Assembly: GCA_965217585.1 (NCBI GenBank)
Contig: OZ244561.1
Span: forward strand, 192,001-256,000
DNA from: Candidatus Latescibacterota bacterium
GTDB taxonomy: Bacteria; Latescibacterota; UBA2968; UBA8231
Length of the DNA: 64,000 nucleotides
Reading direction: 5' to 3'
Positions within the stretch are counted from its first letter, which is position 1. Each line of letters begins with the position of its first letter. The notes under the pieces are model-generated. The model saw only the letters and a list, made by a program, of their open reading frames with translations, was not told the DNA's origin and searched no databases. This document shows positions 29,001 through 38,023 of this stretch, in pieces. Both the position numbers and the translations under genes were made by a program.

Positions 29001-30702
29001 CCCCGCCGACCGAGTTGGGTCCGAGCTGCTGATAGGTCACCAGCGCCTGCGGCACCGGCTTCTTGGGCACGGCAAAATTGACGTCGCGGTCGAACCAATA
29101 GATCGCACCCGCTAGGCTGTGGCCGTAGTCTTCCAGCTCCAACTTGGTCGGCTTGAGCAGTTCGGCATCGCGGCCAGCCCACGCCAACATGGCCGCGAGT
29201 GTCTGGATCTGCCGCGTGAGGTTCTGCACATCCACGGCTTCCGGCAGGTCGAGCGGCGTATCGATCCGCTCGCGCGCATCGTTGGCCGTAGCAAGGGCGA
29301 GGGCCTTCTGACCGACAAAGGCTGCGGCTTCGCTGGCAAAGGCGAGCGGGATAGGCATGAAGTTTTTCCACGTGCGCTTAGGCGGGGCAATGCCCTCGTA
29401 GTGGCGCGTGGTGTCGCCAAAGGTCTCTTCGACCGCGAGGCTTAACCGCTTGGAATAGGGCGTCAACATGTATTTGATGTAGTTGTCGGTGCGCCACTTG
29501 GGATTGTAGAAGGTGCCCATGCCAAAGCTGGCCGTGCGGTCGGCGTGGCTCGACAGATCCAGCGATAGCATCAGGTCGAAGTCGATGCGCTCGGCCGGGT
29601 TCATGCGCTCGCGGAAATAGTCGCTGCGGCGGCTGTGTCGATAGAGGAAATCGTTGATCCCGGATAGGCCCTCAAAGTGCCCGGAGGTCGCCAAAAAGAG
29701 CACCGAGTAGTGCGGGCGATATTCTTTGAGCAGTTCCACTAGCTGGAGCAGGGCGACGATCCCGGCTGCGTTTTCCGCTCCGGGGGCGAGGGCCGGCACG
29801 ACCGAGATGGCGTCGTAATAGGCTTGGATGACGATGGTTTGGTCCTTCCACGCCTGTGGCTGTTCTCGGCTCTTGGCCGGCAGCATCTCTGGTGACCCGG
29901 GCAGGTAGCCGTACACGTTGTGCGCTTCCACGCCTTGCCAATCCATCCGCGCCTGTAGGTGGACAGCGACCGGCCCGTCTTGCAGGCGCGCCAACAGGTC
30001 GAGCGCATCTTGCCGCTCGAGCCAAAAGCGCGGGATGTCAACCGGCACCTTGAGGAACTTGTCGGCGGCTTGCTCGCGGTTGACGCCGCCGTTGTCGAAG
30101 AAGACGATGGCCTTGGCCCCCAGCGATGCGGCGTGGAGGTAGTTTTGGCCGCAGGCAAAGTCCAAGAGCACGACGCTGCCCTGCAGGGGCTGGCCGTCTA
30201 GCGCTTTGAGTTCCCCTTGGCCTCCGTAGATCAAGGGACCCCGCACGCCGTCCGACCCCAACGAGGGCGTGCGCACCCCATTGGGCCACAAGCTGTAGAG
30301 CCGCTTGCTATCGCCGCCCTGCACCACCAGTTCGCCGCCGCGATCTACGGGCACGGCCACCTCAAATGCCTCGCTCTGCACGTCCTCCAGCCCCAGTGCC
30401 TCGAACCGCTGGCGCACGTAGTCGCGGGCCTGCCGCTCCCCCGCATACCCCGGCACCCGCGAGCCAAAGGCAGCAAAGCGCGCGATCTCAGCGGCAATGT
30501 CCGCCTCGTCAATGCCGGCGACCAAGGCGCGAAGCTGCGCGGCTTGTGCGGGATCCACCATCCGCGCTTCGACAGGCGGGTTAGGTGCCCAGCCGAAGAA
30601 ATCGTTTACCGCGCGATTGATTGCGCCCGGATCGCCGAAACCGACGACCGCAATCATGGCAGCGGCGAACAGCAAGAAAACCGCATTGAGTAGTTTGGTC
30701 AT
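26080..30702 (-). CDS. M28-peptidase-like domain fused to FtsX/MacB-type permease (~1540 aa)
   Basis: SRVPGYAG, PA-like GPLIYGG.G, IQAYYD...APGAEN, RR.KLRTALT, VYERSGEIGVYSSVGLAP (FtsX signature); multiple TM segments; ATG at 30702 favoured over 30774. Confidence 0.85.
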   Translation of the reverse strand: MTKLLNAVFLLFAAAMIAVVGFGDPGAINRAVNDFFGWAPNPPVEARMVDPAQAAQLRALVAGIDEADIAAEIARFAAFGSRVPGYAGERQARDYVRQRFEALGLEDVQSEAFEVAVPVDRGGELVVQGGDSKRLYSLWPNGVRTPSLGSDGVRGPLIYGGQGELKALDGQPLQGSVVLLDFACGQNYLHAASLGAKAIVFFDNGGVNREQAADKFLKVPVDIPRFWLERQDALDLLARLQDGPVAVHLQARMDWQGVEAHNVYGYLPGSPEMLPAKSREQPQAWKDQTIVIQAYYDAISVVPALAPGAENAAGIVALLQLVELLKEYRPHYSVLFLATSGHFEGLSGINDFLYRHSRRSDYFRERMNPAERIDFDLMLSLDLSSHADRTASFGMGTFYNPKWRTDNYIKYMLTPYSKRLSLAVEETFGDTTRHYEGIAPPKRTWKNFMPIPLAFASEAAAFVGQKALALATANDARERIDTPLDLPEAVDVQNLTRQIQTLAAMLAWAGRDAELLKPTKLELEDYGHSLAGAIYWFDRDVNFAVPKKPVPQALVTYQQLGPNSVGGVRTLIAQEANDAGRFRFDIMRNKLDNAIRAYELDPYGAIISAPDMGQEGDETYPTVHPWGWWENEMLQVLFECRALSLFETVDSRYLSVLDHMTVLDERDGVPQSWGADFVERQSNEEGKVTLASVVYAQPGTRVKALMSTSLFGVRYLLSGAPAEWVAEPVRPEDVDEATIKQALGRGYLVDQGVVLRPGYAAARDMWVLDDVRIKQLARYGVRNDKFMRLHEEARLALLEAEEHLQARRYSEFKRATRKAWGLEGRGYPDIKSTADDTVYGVIFYFALLLPFSFCCERLFFGFADIRRQVAGAAFFFLAIFLIMRFIHPAFKLSSSPYIIFLAFVIFAIGGTALLMIMGRFTRAVGQRKRAASGVHEADIGRLSATAAAASLGISNLRKRKLRTALTVVTLTLLTFTAQAFTSVQSYLKFYQIPRPNVPSYEGALLRDRGWKGLQLSVLDYAESAFGDRAQVLPRSWVTSKVIGERAYIDIEHKLAQKKSFASAILGVTPGEGAVMGLEELLVGPESRWFADGERDVCILPVAMAEILGISPEDVGTADIGLMGRSYRVIGLIDGEAIDHLRDLDNESLMPVDTVAEAKKMEEMAGLDPRLMDTAAIETFTHLLANNVAFLPYQQVVDLGGTLRSIAIAGFADRETLLAEVEEFVSRVAVPLFVGAGDRVRVYTSMGSASLAGIGNLFVPLLIASLIVLNTMLGAVYERSGEIGVYSSVGLAPSHIASLFIAEALVFAIVGAVLGYLVGQTTTLLLAHYALLGGMFLNYSSLSAIFSTLIVMVVVVLSTLYPARKAAAMAVPDVTRRWEFPPPDGDDWRFDFPFTLAKGDALGSCAYLHRVFSSYGEGSVGDFMTEGVDFHLEQGGAQPVYLLELMVWLAPYDLGVSQRVFLRTLPTDDIPGIYRIEMHLQRVSGDVVSWQRLNTSFLNVLRKRFLVWRTIAPEVREEYLIEGEKLAQGTGVEQPQISDIS

Positions 30703-30830
30703 GAAATTCGCTTTGTCTGTGGAATGGGACGAGCGGCTGTCAAGATATGGCATCGGCGAGAGGGGTTCAAGCACGGAAGGAGGTGGGGCCCTAGCCTGTG
30801 ATAGCGGCTCGACAGAGAAGTCGCTTTTTC

Positions 30831-30859
30831 TTGACAGATAGTATCATTATCGGTATCAT
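30831..30859 (+). promoter_or_regulatory. Sigma70 promoter of hicAB with overlapping GTATCAT operator-like repeats
   Basis: TTGACA-17 bp-TATCAT, 6 bp before the hicA ATG; GTATCAT occurs twice, plus GATAGTATC palindrome. Confidence 0.75.
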
Positions 30860-30865
30860 ACTCTT

Positions 30866-31114
30866 ATGGCGAGCACGATAGAAATCCTCAAGGCGATTCG
30901 CAATAATCCGCAAGGGGTGCGGTTCACAGATCTCGCCAAGGTGTGCGACGCATACTTCGGAGCGCCGCGTCAGAAGAGTACCAGCCATCGAGTTTACCGG
31001 ACACCGTGGCTAGGCGATCCGCGAGTAAACATCCAAAACGCCAAGGGCATGGCAAAGCCATACCAAGTTCGTCAAGTCATCAAGGCAATCGAGAAATTGG
31101 AGGGTATAAAATGA
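30866..31114 (+). CDS. hicA: HicA-family toxin
   Basis: 82 aa; NPQGVRFTDL, TSHRVY.TPW, NIQ..KG.AKPYQVRQV. Confidence 0.85.
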   Translation: MASTIEILKAIRNNPQGVRFTDLAKVCDAYFGAPRQKSTSHRVYRTPWLGDPRVNIQNAKGMAKPYQVRQVIKAIEKLEGIK

Positions 31115-31437
31115 GCGACCATTATACTTATCGCATCACGTGGTCGGCTGAAGACAACGAACATGTGGGTCTATGCGCTGAATTTCCATCGCTGAGTTGG
31201 CTATCGCCTACGCCTGCTGGGGCGTTGTCCGGCATCCAGCGCCTTGTGCTCGAGTGCCTCGCAGACATGCGCACCACCGGAGAAGCCGTACCGGAGCCAA
31301 TAGCGGACCGCAACTATAGCGGGAAGTTCATGGTGCGTTTGCCGCCGGAATCGCATCGCGCTCTCGCCATACAAGCGGCGGAGCAAGGGGTGAGCCTGAA
31401 CCGACTTGTGAGTGCGCGGATTGCAAACGCCACCTGA
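31111..31437 (+). CDS. hicB: HicB-family antitoxin with RHH domain
   Basis: ATGA overlap with hicA; YTYRITWS.ED, CAEFPSLSW, YSGKFMVRLPPE.HR.LA..AAEQGVSLNRL. Confidence 0.88.
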   Translation: MSDHYTYRITWSAEDNEHVGLCAEFPSLSWLSPTPAGALSGIQRLVLECLADMRTTGEAVPEPIADRNYSGKFMVRLPPESHRALAIQAAEQGVSLNRLVSARIANAT

Positions 31438-31672
31438 CGATAAGGAAGGCCGCGAGCAGACAAAGCCCAAAGGAGAGAGTAGTTATGAAGTCGCTCTATT
31501 TCATCAAGGGGGTCCCCAATATGCCCCAACCTATCATGTTCGGGGTCACGCCATCTGCCTTGTGCGAAAATCCAGCGGATTATGCCCGTATGAAAACCCT
31601 CGTCGGACTCAAAGATGACTTTGGATGGAAAGAAGACGATCTTATTGAGGACTGCAAATATAAAGGAATGTT

Positions 31673-32688
31673 TTAAAGTTCAAGTTGTGCATCCTTGAAG
31701 AAGCCTCGAATCAGGTTGTTATCATGATGCTGGGCGGTGATCGACATGCAGACCGCATCTGCTAAGTCCTCGATGTGGTCTGGAATGAAGTTGGCTAGAT
31801 CGCCATACTTGGTATGATTCCAGACCTGTTCAGTCGGATTCAATTCGGGTGCATAGGCGGGTACCCATTCGATGGTGAGTCGATCCGGATCCCTTTTCTG
31901 CAAGATCGCCACCGCGGCGCGATGCACACTCCACCGATCCAAAATGAGCACGACCTTGCGCCGTATCATACGCAGCAGAGGACCGACAAAGGACCCCACA
32001 TCCTGCCGGTCAATATTATGCTCATACATTCGGAAATAAACACCCAACCGCTGGCGCTGAGGCGGCCGCGTAACGGCGGCCTGAACCGACAAGCGATCGT
32101 GGCGATCCCACACCTTGTGCAGGGGCGTGTGGCCCCGCAAAGCCCCTGTTCGGCGACGGGTGGGTTGCAACATAAAGCCGCTCTGATCGATCCAGGCGAT
32201 GGTCACCCCTTTTTGTCGGGCTTTTTTTTAATCCGTGGCCACTCGACCAAGCGCCATGGACGGATGGCTTCCTCGTCCCGTTCCCGGGCGCGTTGCTGGG
32301 GATACTGGCACGAAAAACCCAACCCATGCAGCAGACGACCTACATGATCGGGATGATAGGACACCCCAAACGTCTGTGCAATGACCTGCGCTACACGCCC
32401 ACAGGTCCACAGCGCCGTATCAAAGCCAGCCGCCTGAGGGCCCTGAAGCAGAAGCTGCTTCAACTGATCCTGGTCTTGGGGGCTCAACTGACAGCCCCGC
32501 CCCGGATGCGGTTTGGCTTTGAGCCCCTCCTCGCCGGCTTGCGCTTTCATCGCCTTCCAACGAGACACCGAGGAGGGGGAGACTTGGACCAGACGAGCTA
32601 CTTCGTTGACGCCGTTGCCTTCCTCAAGCAACTGAGCCGCCCATTGACGACGATATTCCAGCCGATCGGCACTACCTTTAGGTCGCAT
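31673..32688 (-). CDS. IS630 transposase (two ORFs joined by a programmed frameshift)
   Basis: HTH ORF 32203-32688 ending WPRIKKK at an A8 run (32222-32229); DDE ORF with WIDQSGF, ILDRWSVH, PAYAPELNPTEQVW. Confidence 0.9.
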
Positions 32689-32698
32689 ATAAATGAAT

Positions 32699-33755
32699 GG
32701 CTCTATATGGATTGCGGGGAGGTGTCTTGAACGGCTAGACGGCCTCCTTTATTCTTAGCGAAGTGCTTTTTTTGCTCTGGCCTCGTTATCTGGATTTCGA
32801 TCATGGTCAATATCCAACATCTCATTGATGATGCCAAGTGCTTTGAAACGGTTCGAGCGCTCCGCTGGTCGGATGGCATCGTGTGTCCGCACTGTGGTTC
32901 GACTCGGCTTATCAAGCGGGGTTTTGATGACACGCAGCCGCATCGCCAACGCTACCGATGCCACGGCTGTGCTCGGGACTTTGATGATTTGACCGGCACC
33001 GTGTTAGCCGGTCACCACCAGCCGTTACGAGTTTGGATTCTGTGTCTGTATTTCATGGGCTTGAATCTATCCAACCGGCAAATTGCCCAAGAACTGGGGT
33101 TAAATAAAGATGATGTACAGCACATGACCACGCATCTGCGGCAAGGGCTGGTTGACCAGCAGGAGCCGGCTGGTCTTGAGGGGGCCGTCGAGTGCGATGA
33201 AGTCTATCTTGTGGCCGGTCATAAAGGGCATCCTACGGCGGTGAAAAAAAAGGCCGAAAAGGACGCCGCAATCGACTCAAAGGCCGTCGGGGACGGGGCA
33301 CCTTAGCCGGCGAAAAACCGCCGATCTTAGGCATGATTCAACGCGGGGGGGAGGTGTGCATTCAGATGCTGGAGAATGTCCAGCAACAAACCATTGAGCC
33401 GCTGATTAAAAAGGCGATTGCCCCGGGCACACTCATTTATACCGACGAGTACAACATTTACGGGCGGCTAGAAGCGTGGGGCTATGCCCATGCGGTGGTG
33501 CATCATGGTCAAGGGGAATTCGTACGGGATGACGATCAAGATGGCTTTGGTGAAGTGTATGTCAATACGATAGAAGGTTTTTGGTCCTTGTTACGCTCTT
33601 GGTTGAGACCCCACCGAGGGATCTCGCAGGAAAAACTCCCGTTGTATCTGGGCTTTTTTCAATTCGTTCATAACATGAGAAAAAGGGGCAAAGCGCTCCT
33701 AGAAAGCCTCATTAAAGGCATTCTGGGAACACCTCCCCGGAATCCATAATGAGCC
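32699..33755 (+). mobile_element. IS1595-family insertion sequence nested in the IS630 left end
   Basis: TIRs GGCTCTATATGGATTGCGGGGAGGTGT and (reverse complement) GGCTCATTATGGATTCCGGGGAGGTGT; flanking direct repeat TAAATGAAT at 32690-32698 and 33756-33764. Confidence 0.92.
32803..33749 (+). CDS. IS1595 transposase (frameshift at A8 run 33244-33251)
   Basis: Zn ribbon CPHCGS...YRCHGC, VECDEVY, IYTDEY, VNTIEGFWSLL. Confidence 0.9.
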
Positions 33756-34327
33756 TAAATGAATATATAACTATTCCTTTAAAAATGCAGAGGTCAATAA
33801 ACTGGTTCTTCGCAGAGCTAACATCTGGCCAGATTTTCCCGAAAAAGGATACAGACTGGTAGGAGTCGAATTCAAAGCGGGTGATGAAGAACAACGAGTT
33901 GACATCCTCTATATTCGAGACGATGGTGCATTACTGCCATGTGAACTCAAAATCGGTGGTACATCGCGCGACACCCACGGACAATTAATTCGCTATATCG
34001 CCGATTTGCAATTTCAGGATATCAATCTTAATTGGGTCCGAAATTACCACAAAAAATTTCTGGACACGATCACAGATGAGGCTACCGAGAGTATACATGA
34101 CGAAGGATTCGAGAAGTTCCTCAAGAGCAATGACATCAAAGATAGACTTGTTCGTATCTTGCCGACTACTGGGATAATTATGGACGAGGGTTTTAAACCT
34201 CAACTTCTGAAGGCTGTTCGATATCTGAATGAATACTGCGGCTTTTCAATTCGGTTAATCCAAATCGAGACGTTTGTTGATGATAATTGGAATAGTGATA
34301 TGACAGAATACAAGTTTCGGATAGATT

Positions 34328-34507
34328 TTACCGATGTCCAGTAAATCCACTGATTCCGAAGTATGAGGGCAATCTAGGCAGGTTTGGTATTGAATCGTCC
34401 TCTCCTTGGAGATCATAGGCGGCACAGATGAAAACCGGGGTGATGAGAACGGATGCAATCCCCCGGGCGACATAGGTGAACGTACCCTGCGCGATATTCT
34501 CAGTCAT
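34328..34507 (-). pseudogene. Short ORF, possible truncated partner (aspartyl-protease N-terminus) of the DUF5678-like gene
   Basis: ATG directly after the DUF5678 stop: MTENIAQGTFTYVARGIASVLITPVFI...; no DTG motif before the stop. Confidence 0.35.
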
Positions 34508-34747
34508 CTATGAGAAGCATATCCGCGAGTGGTAGGTCTGTAGCGTACTTTCTGGATCTGAGGAGCACGGCTGTACTAGGAAAGTGCCAAGCGCATGTTC
34601 CTTTGTTGCCTGCCGTATCGCCTCTATCTCGCTGGAGTACGCCCCGATGACGCGGTGAGCTTTGATGACGATCACCTTGCCCTCGTACTGAGCGGCTAGC
34701 TCTGCTTGGTGGTCCAAGTAGTATTGGAACTCATCTCTTAGTGCCAT
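34508..34747 (-). CDS. DUF5678-like small protein
   Basis: EFQYYLDHQAELAAQYEGKVIVIK..RVIGAY.SEIEA pattern; AAGGA RBS. Confidence 0.7.
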   Translation of the reverse strand: MALRDEFQYYLDHQAELAAQYEGKVIVIKAHRVIGAYSSEIEAIRQATKEHALGTFLVQPCSSDPESTLQTYHSRICFS

Positions 34748-34865
34748 GGGTATTTCCTTTGGCTACTTTAGGTAAGCAAAGAACCGTTCTGCTTCGATAC
34801 TTTTAGCTTAACCGTTTAGTAGCGACGGAGCAAGCGGCTCAAGATAGGCCATCGCCGAGCACTGC

Positions 34866-36770
34866 TCATCCGTGAAAGTACGCATGTCCCTCGCCCATAA
34901 ACCAGAAAATATCCACCAAATACGACAACCCGATCCCCAAGAAATACCCGGCGATCAACCCCATGAAAAACGGCCGCGCCTGACGGTAGGCCGCGATCCC
35001 CCCATAGCGCATAATCGCACTCTTGGCCACCCACGCCAGAAAAACCGAAAACGCGATGAGTCGCGTCATCCACAGCGGAGCAACCGCAATGCCCACCGGA
35101 TGCAGCGGCCACCAGTGCAAGCGATACTGGAGGAAGGCCAAAAGTGAGTACGCCACCATCCCAACCCCAAAGTAGGACAGCTTGTTCCAATCGGTCGGCC
35201 ACGGATCGTTGAAGTGGCGGATCACTCCATTGTACGCCATGCCACCCGCGCCACCGCCAGCGATAAAGTACCAGGAGCCAAAATTGCCCGCGCCGTATTT
35301 GTAGCACAACGAGAGGACGAAGTAAAGACAAGTGGTAAAGCCCACGACCGCAGCAAGGCCCAGCGCCAAGGCCATCGACCGGCGAATCCGGTACAGTTCG
35401 CCGAGCCGTGCGCCGTGCGCCGCCGCCGGCATAAAGAGCGATTGCACGTCCCCAAACCAAGTATAGGAAACCCCCAGCGCCACCAAATTGTGCCCCCCGA
35501 CACTCGTGCCGGTTATCGCCAGCGCAAAAGCCTGAGCACCCACCGGCGGCGTCAAAAAATAGACCCCGGCCTGCACCACCAGCCGCGTGATGCCGTAGTA
35601 GGCGACCAATACGCCAAAGACAAAAAGCGCGGCGATGTGGAGATCCATCCCAGACCGCCACAGCCAGCCGAGGATATAGACCAACGCGGCCATGAATCCG
35701 CAAACCGCCGTGCGATAGGAAACCATTTCCTCGCTGTCGTCTATCGTCCGCCGTCCCCCCAGGGCTTGCCGCACGACCGCCACTAGATGGCCCCGCGCCA
35801 TCCACAAGCTCAACAACACCATCGCCGTAAACCCACCCCAAGCCTGCCAAGAAAGCGACTGCATCCCCCAGACGAAGGCGTCGGGGCGCGTCACGTCATA
35901 ACCGATGCGATTGGTAATCCCCTCTTGCACCACGGCTACCAAATAAAAGAACACGATGCTGAACGACACGCTGGTGCTGACCAAGTACATAAAGCCGACC
36001 ACCGGGAAGTAGAGCATTAGGCTGATGGTGGGAAACTCCCGGCTCAGTTGCAGATTGACGGAGTGGTTGAAGTTGATTTTGGGAAAGCCGATGTAGAACG
36101 AGCCAATAATATTGAAGAGGATCATCACCAGTGGAATCGCCGCGCCGATCCAAAACCCCTTGGAGCGCACAATCGCCCGCCCGTCGTCGTCGATCAGCAG
36201 CCGCGGCATCTCCATCAGTGGAAAGACCAGCCGCTCGTGCTCGACCCACTGGCGGCGGAAGACCACCACCAAGCAGAAGCAGGCGAAGTACACGGTCAGG
36301 ATCAGGCTCAACAGCCAAAATAGCGGCCCAATCCAAGCCTCGAACGGCAGGGCTTGGCCCTTGGGCAGTCCCTCGTAAAACCAGCGCATGGCATCGCCAT
36401 CGGCGCGGGGCACGATCCAATCGGGCAGGTAGGGATGGATGTTGCCCGCCCAGTCGTTTTCCGGGGTAGCTCCGTAGTACGGCGATGAAATGATCGCCAG
36501 CAAGGTCCCGACGATAAAGGTCGGGATCCCGGTCGCCGCCAAGCCCATAATCACAATGGTAGCCAACTCGGCGGGCCGCAAAGCCCACGTGGGCCGCACC
36601 CACCGTACCAGCGCATTCGCCAGCAGAATCACCACAAAGCAAAAGCCGGCGCTAGTCGGAAAATACGACCAAGTAATCTCCGAAGAGCGCACCATCCAAA
36701 TCGAATAGGGTGCCCCCATGACAATGGCCATCACGACCACAATCCCCAGCACCGCCGAGCGAAAAGTCAC
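34866..36770 (-). CDS. DUF6785/DUF6784-type polytopic membrane protein (putative transporter)
   Basis: RRQWVEHERLVFPL, WWPLHPVG, K..IMRYGG...YR.ARPFF.GLI.G; many TMs; GTG start with AGGAG. Confidence 0.75.
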   Translation of the reverse strand: MTFRSAVLGIVVVMAIVMGAPYSIWMVRSSEITWSYFPTSAGFCFVVILLANALVRWVRPTWALRPAELATIVIMGLAATGIPTFIVGTLLAIISSPYYGATPENDWAGNIHPYLPDWIVPRADGDAMRWFYEGLPKGQALPFEAWIGPLFWLLSLILTVYFACFCLVVVFRRQWVEHERLVFPLMEMPRLLIDDDGRAIVRSKGFWIGAAIPLVMILFNIIGSFYIGFPKINFNHSVNLQLSREFPTISLMLYFPVVGFMYLVSTSVSFSIVFFYLVAVVQEGITNRIGYDVTRPDAFVWGMQSLSWQAWGGFTAMVLLSLWMARGHLVAVVRQALGGRRTIDDSEEMVSYRTAVCGFMAALVYILGWLWRSGMDLHIAALFVFGVLVAYYGITRLVVQAGVYFLTPPVGAQAFALAITGTSVGGHNLVALGVSYTWFGDVQSLFMPAAAHGARLGELYRIRRSMALALGLAAVVGFTTCLYFVLSLCYKYGAGNFGSWYFIAGGGAGGMAYNGVIRHFNDPWPTDWNKLSYFGVGMVAYSLLAFLQYRLHWWPLHPVGIAVAPLWMTRLIAFSVFLAWVAKSAIMRYGGIAAYRQARPFFMGLIAGYFLGIGLSYLVDIFWFMGEGHAYFHG

Positions 36771-36850
36771 GTTATACTACTCCTGCAAGATCGATAATCT
36801 ATATTACTCATTTTTATATATATTTAATGTTTCGCATCAACGTACTGACT

Positions 36851-38023
36851 ATGTCCACTAACCGCCCCATGCCCCTTATCCTCGCACTACTGCTGACGGC
36901 CTGCTCTAGTAGCACCGGCCCAGATAGCGGTCCGCAATCTCTCTGCACGGACGCGCCTGGCACCATCTGCACCTGGGCCGGCACGGGCGAAGCCGGCTTC
37001 AATGGCGAGGGCCAGCCGCTGCTGGCCGCCACCCTCTACTGGCCCATCGATCTCACCTTCACCCCCTCGGGCCAAGCCTACCTCCTCGATTGGAACAACC
37101 ACCGCGTGCGCCGCGTGACCCCGGAGGGCACCCTCGTCACCGTCATTGGCACGGACTTCGTCGGCGACGGCCCCTACGACGAATCCGACCAAGTGCCCCC
37201 CGGTGCGCCCGGCACCGAAGTCCACCTAAATCATCCGACCCATCTCCTACCGCTGGCCGACGGCACCCTGCTGCTGACGGCTTGGCACAACCACAAGCTG
37301 CGCCTCTACGACCCGCATACCGGGCTTGTCCAAGTCATCTGCGGCGCAGGTCCGGGGTTTGCCGGCGACGGCGGGCCAGCCCGCGACGCGCTCCTGAGCC
37401 AGCCGCCGCAGACTGTCTTAGGTCCCGATGGCGGGCTATATATCCTCGACCAGCGCAATCAGCGGGTGCGCAAAATAGACCCCGACGGCATTATCACTAC
37501 GGTCGTAGGCACTGGCGTGGCCGGGTTCTCCGGCGACGGCGGCAGCCCGCGCGACGCCCAGCTACAGATGCCAGCCGGAGCCAACCCATCGCCGGCCGGG
37601 GGCCTGGTCTTTGGTCCGCAGGGCCAGCTCTATATCGCCGACGCCCTCAACCACCGCATCCGCCGCGTTGACTTTGACCTAGACCGGATCGAAACAGTGG
37701 CTGGCACGGGCGTGGCCGATGGTGGCGGAGACGGCGGACCGGCCCTCAGCGCAGCCCTCAACAACCCGCGCGACTTGGCCTTTGGCCCCGACGGCCGACT
37801 CTACATTGCCGACGAATTTAACCACCGCATCCGCGCCCTCGACCTAGCGTCCGGCACCATTGAGACCGTTGTCGGCAGCGGCGAAGATGGCTTTTCTGGC
37901 GATGGCGGACCGGCCCTCAGCGCAGCCCTCAACCGACCTGCCGGGCTTGCCTTTGGCCCGCAGGGCCAGCTCTATATCGCCGACACGTACAACCACCGCA
38001 TCCGCCGAGTCGTCTTGCCATGA
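36851..38023 (+). CDS. NHL-repeat (teneurin-like) lipoprotein
   Basis: Lipobox LTAC; repeated G..GFSGDGGPA..A.L..P..L.F...G.LYIAD..NHRIR. Confidence 0.88.
   Translation: MSTNRPMPLILALLLTACSSSTGPDSGPQSLCTDAPGTICTWAGTGEAGFNGEGQPLLAATLYWPIDLTFTPSGQAYLLDWNNHRVRRVTPEGTLVTVIGTDFVGDGPYDESDQVPPGAPGTEVHLNHPTHLLPLADGTLLLTAWHNHKLRLYDPHTGLVQVICGAGPGFAGDGGPARDALLSQPPQTVLGPDGGLYILDQRNQRVRKIDPDGIITTVVGTGVAGFSGDGGSPRDAQLQMPAGANPSPAGGLVFGPQGQLYIADALNHRIRRVDFDLDRIETVAGTGVADGGGDGGPALSAALNNPRDLAFGPDGRLYIADEFNHRIRALDLASGTIETVVGSGEDGFSGDGGPALSAALNRPAGLAFGPQGQLYIADTYNHRIRRVVLP

Larger units (their letters stand above)
31645..33797 (-). mobile_element. IS630-family insertion sequence (~1087 bp once the nested IS1595 is removed)
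   Basis: Imperfect TIRs TTGAGGACTGCAAATATAAAGGAAT and reverse complement TTGACCTCTGCATTTTTAAAGGAAT; TA duplication at 31643-31644 and 33798-33799. Confidence 0.9.
31485..34344 (+). pseudogene. PD-(D/E)XK (NucS/EndoMS-like) nuclease gene interrupted by IS630
   Basis: Joining 31485-31644 to 33800-34344 restores one open frame of 234 aa: ...KEDDL|KLVLRR...QRVDILYIRDDGALLPCELK...HGQLIRY. Confidence 0.85.

Noticed and set aside
30943-31110. N-terminal extension of HicB in the ORF track (164 aa)
   Set aside because: Overlaps hicA; the ATG at 31111 has a GGAGG RBS and an ATGA coupling
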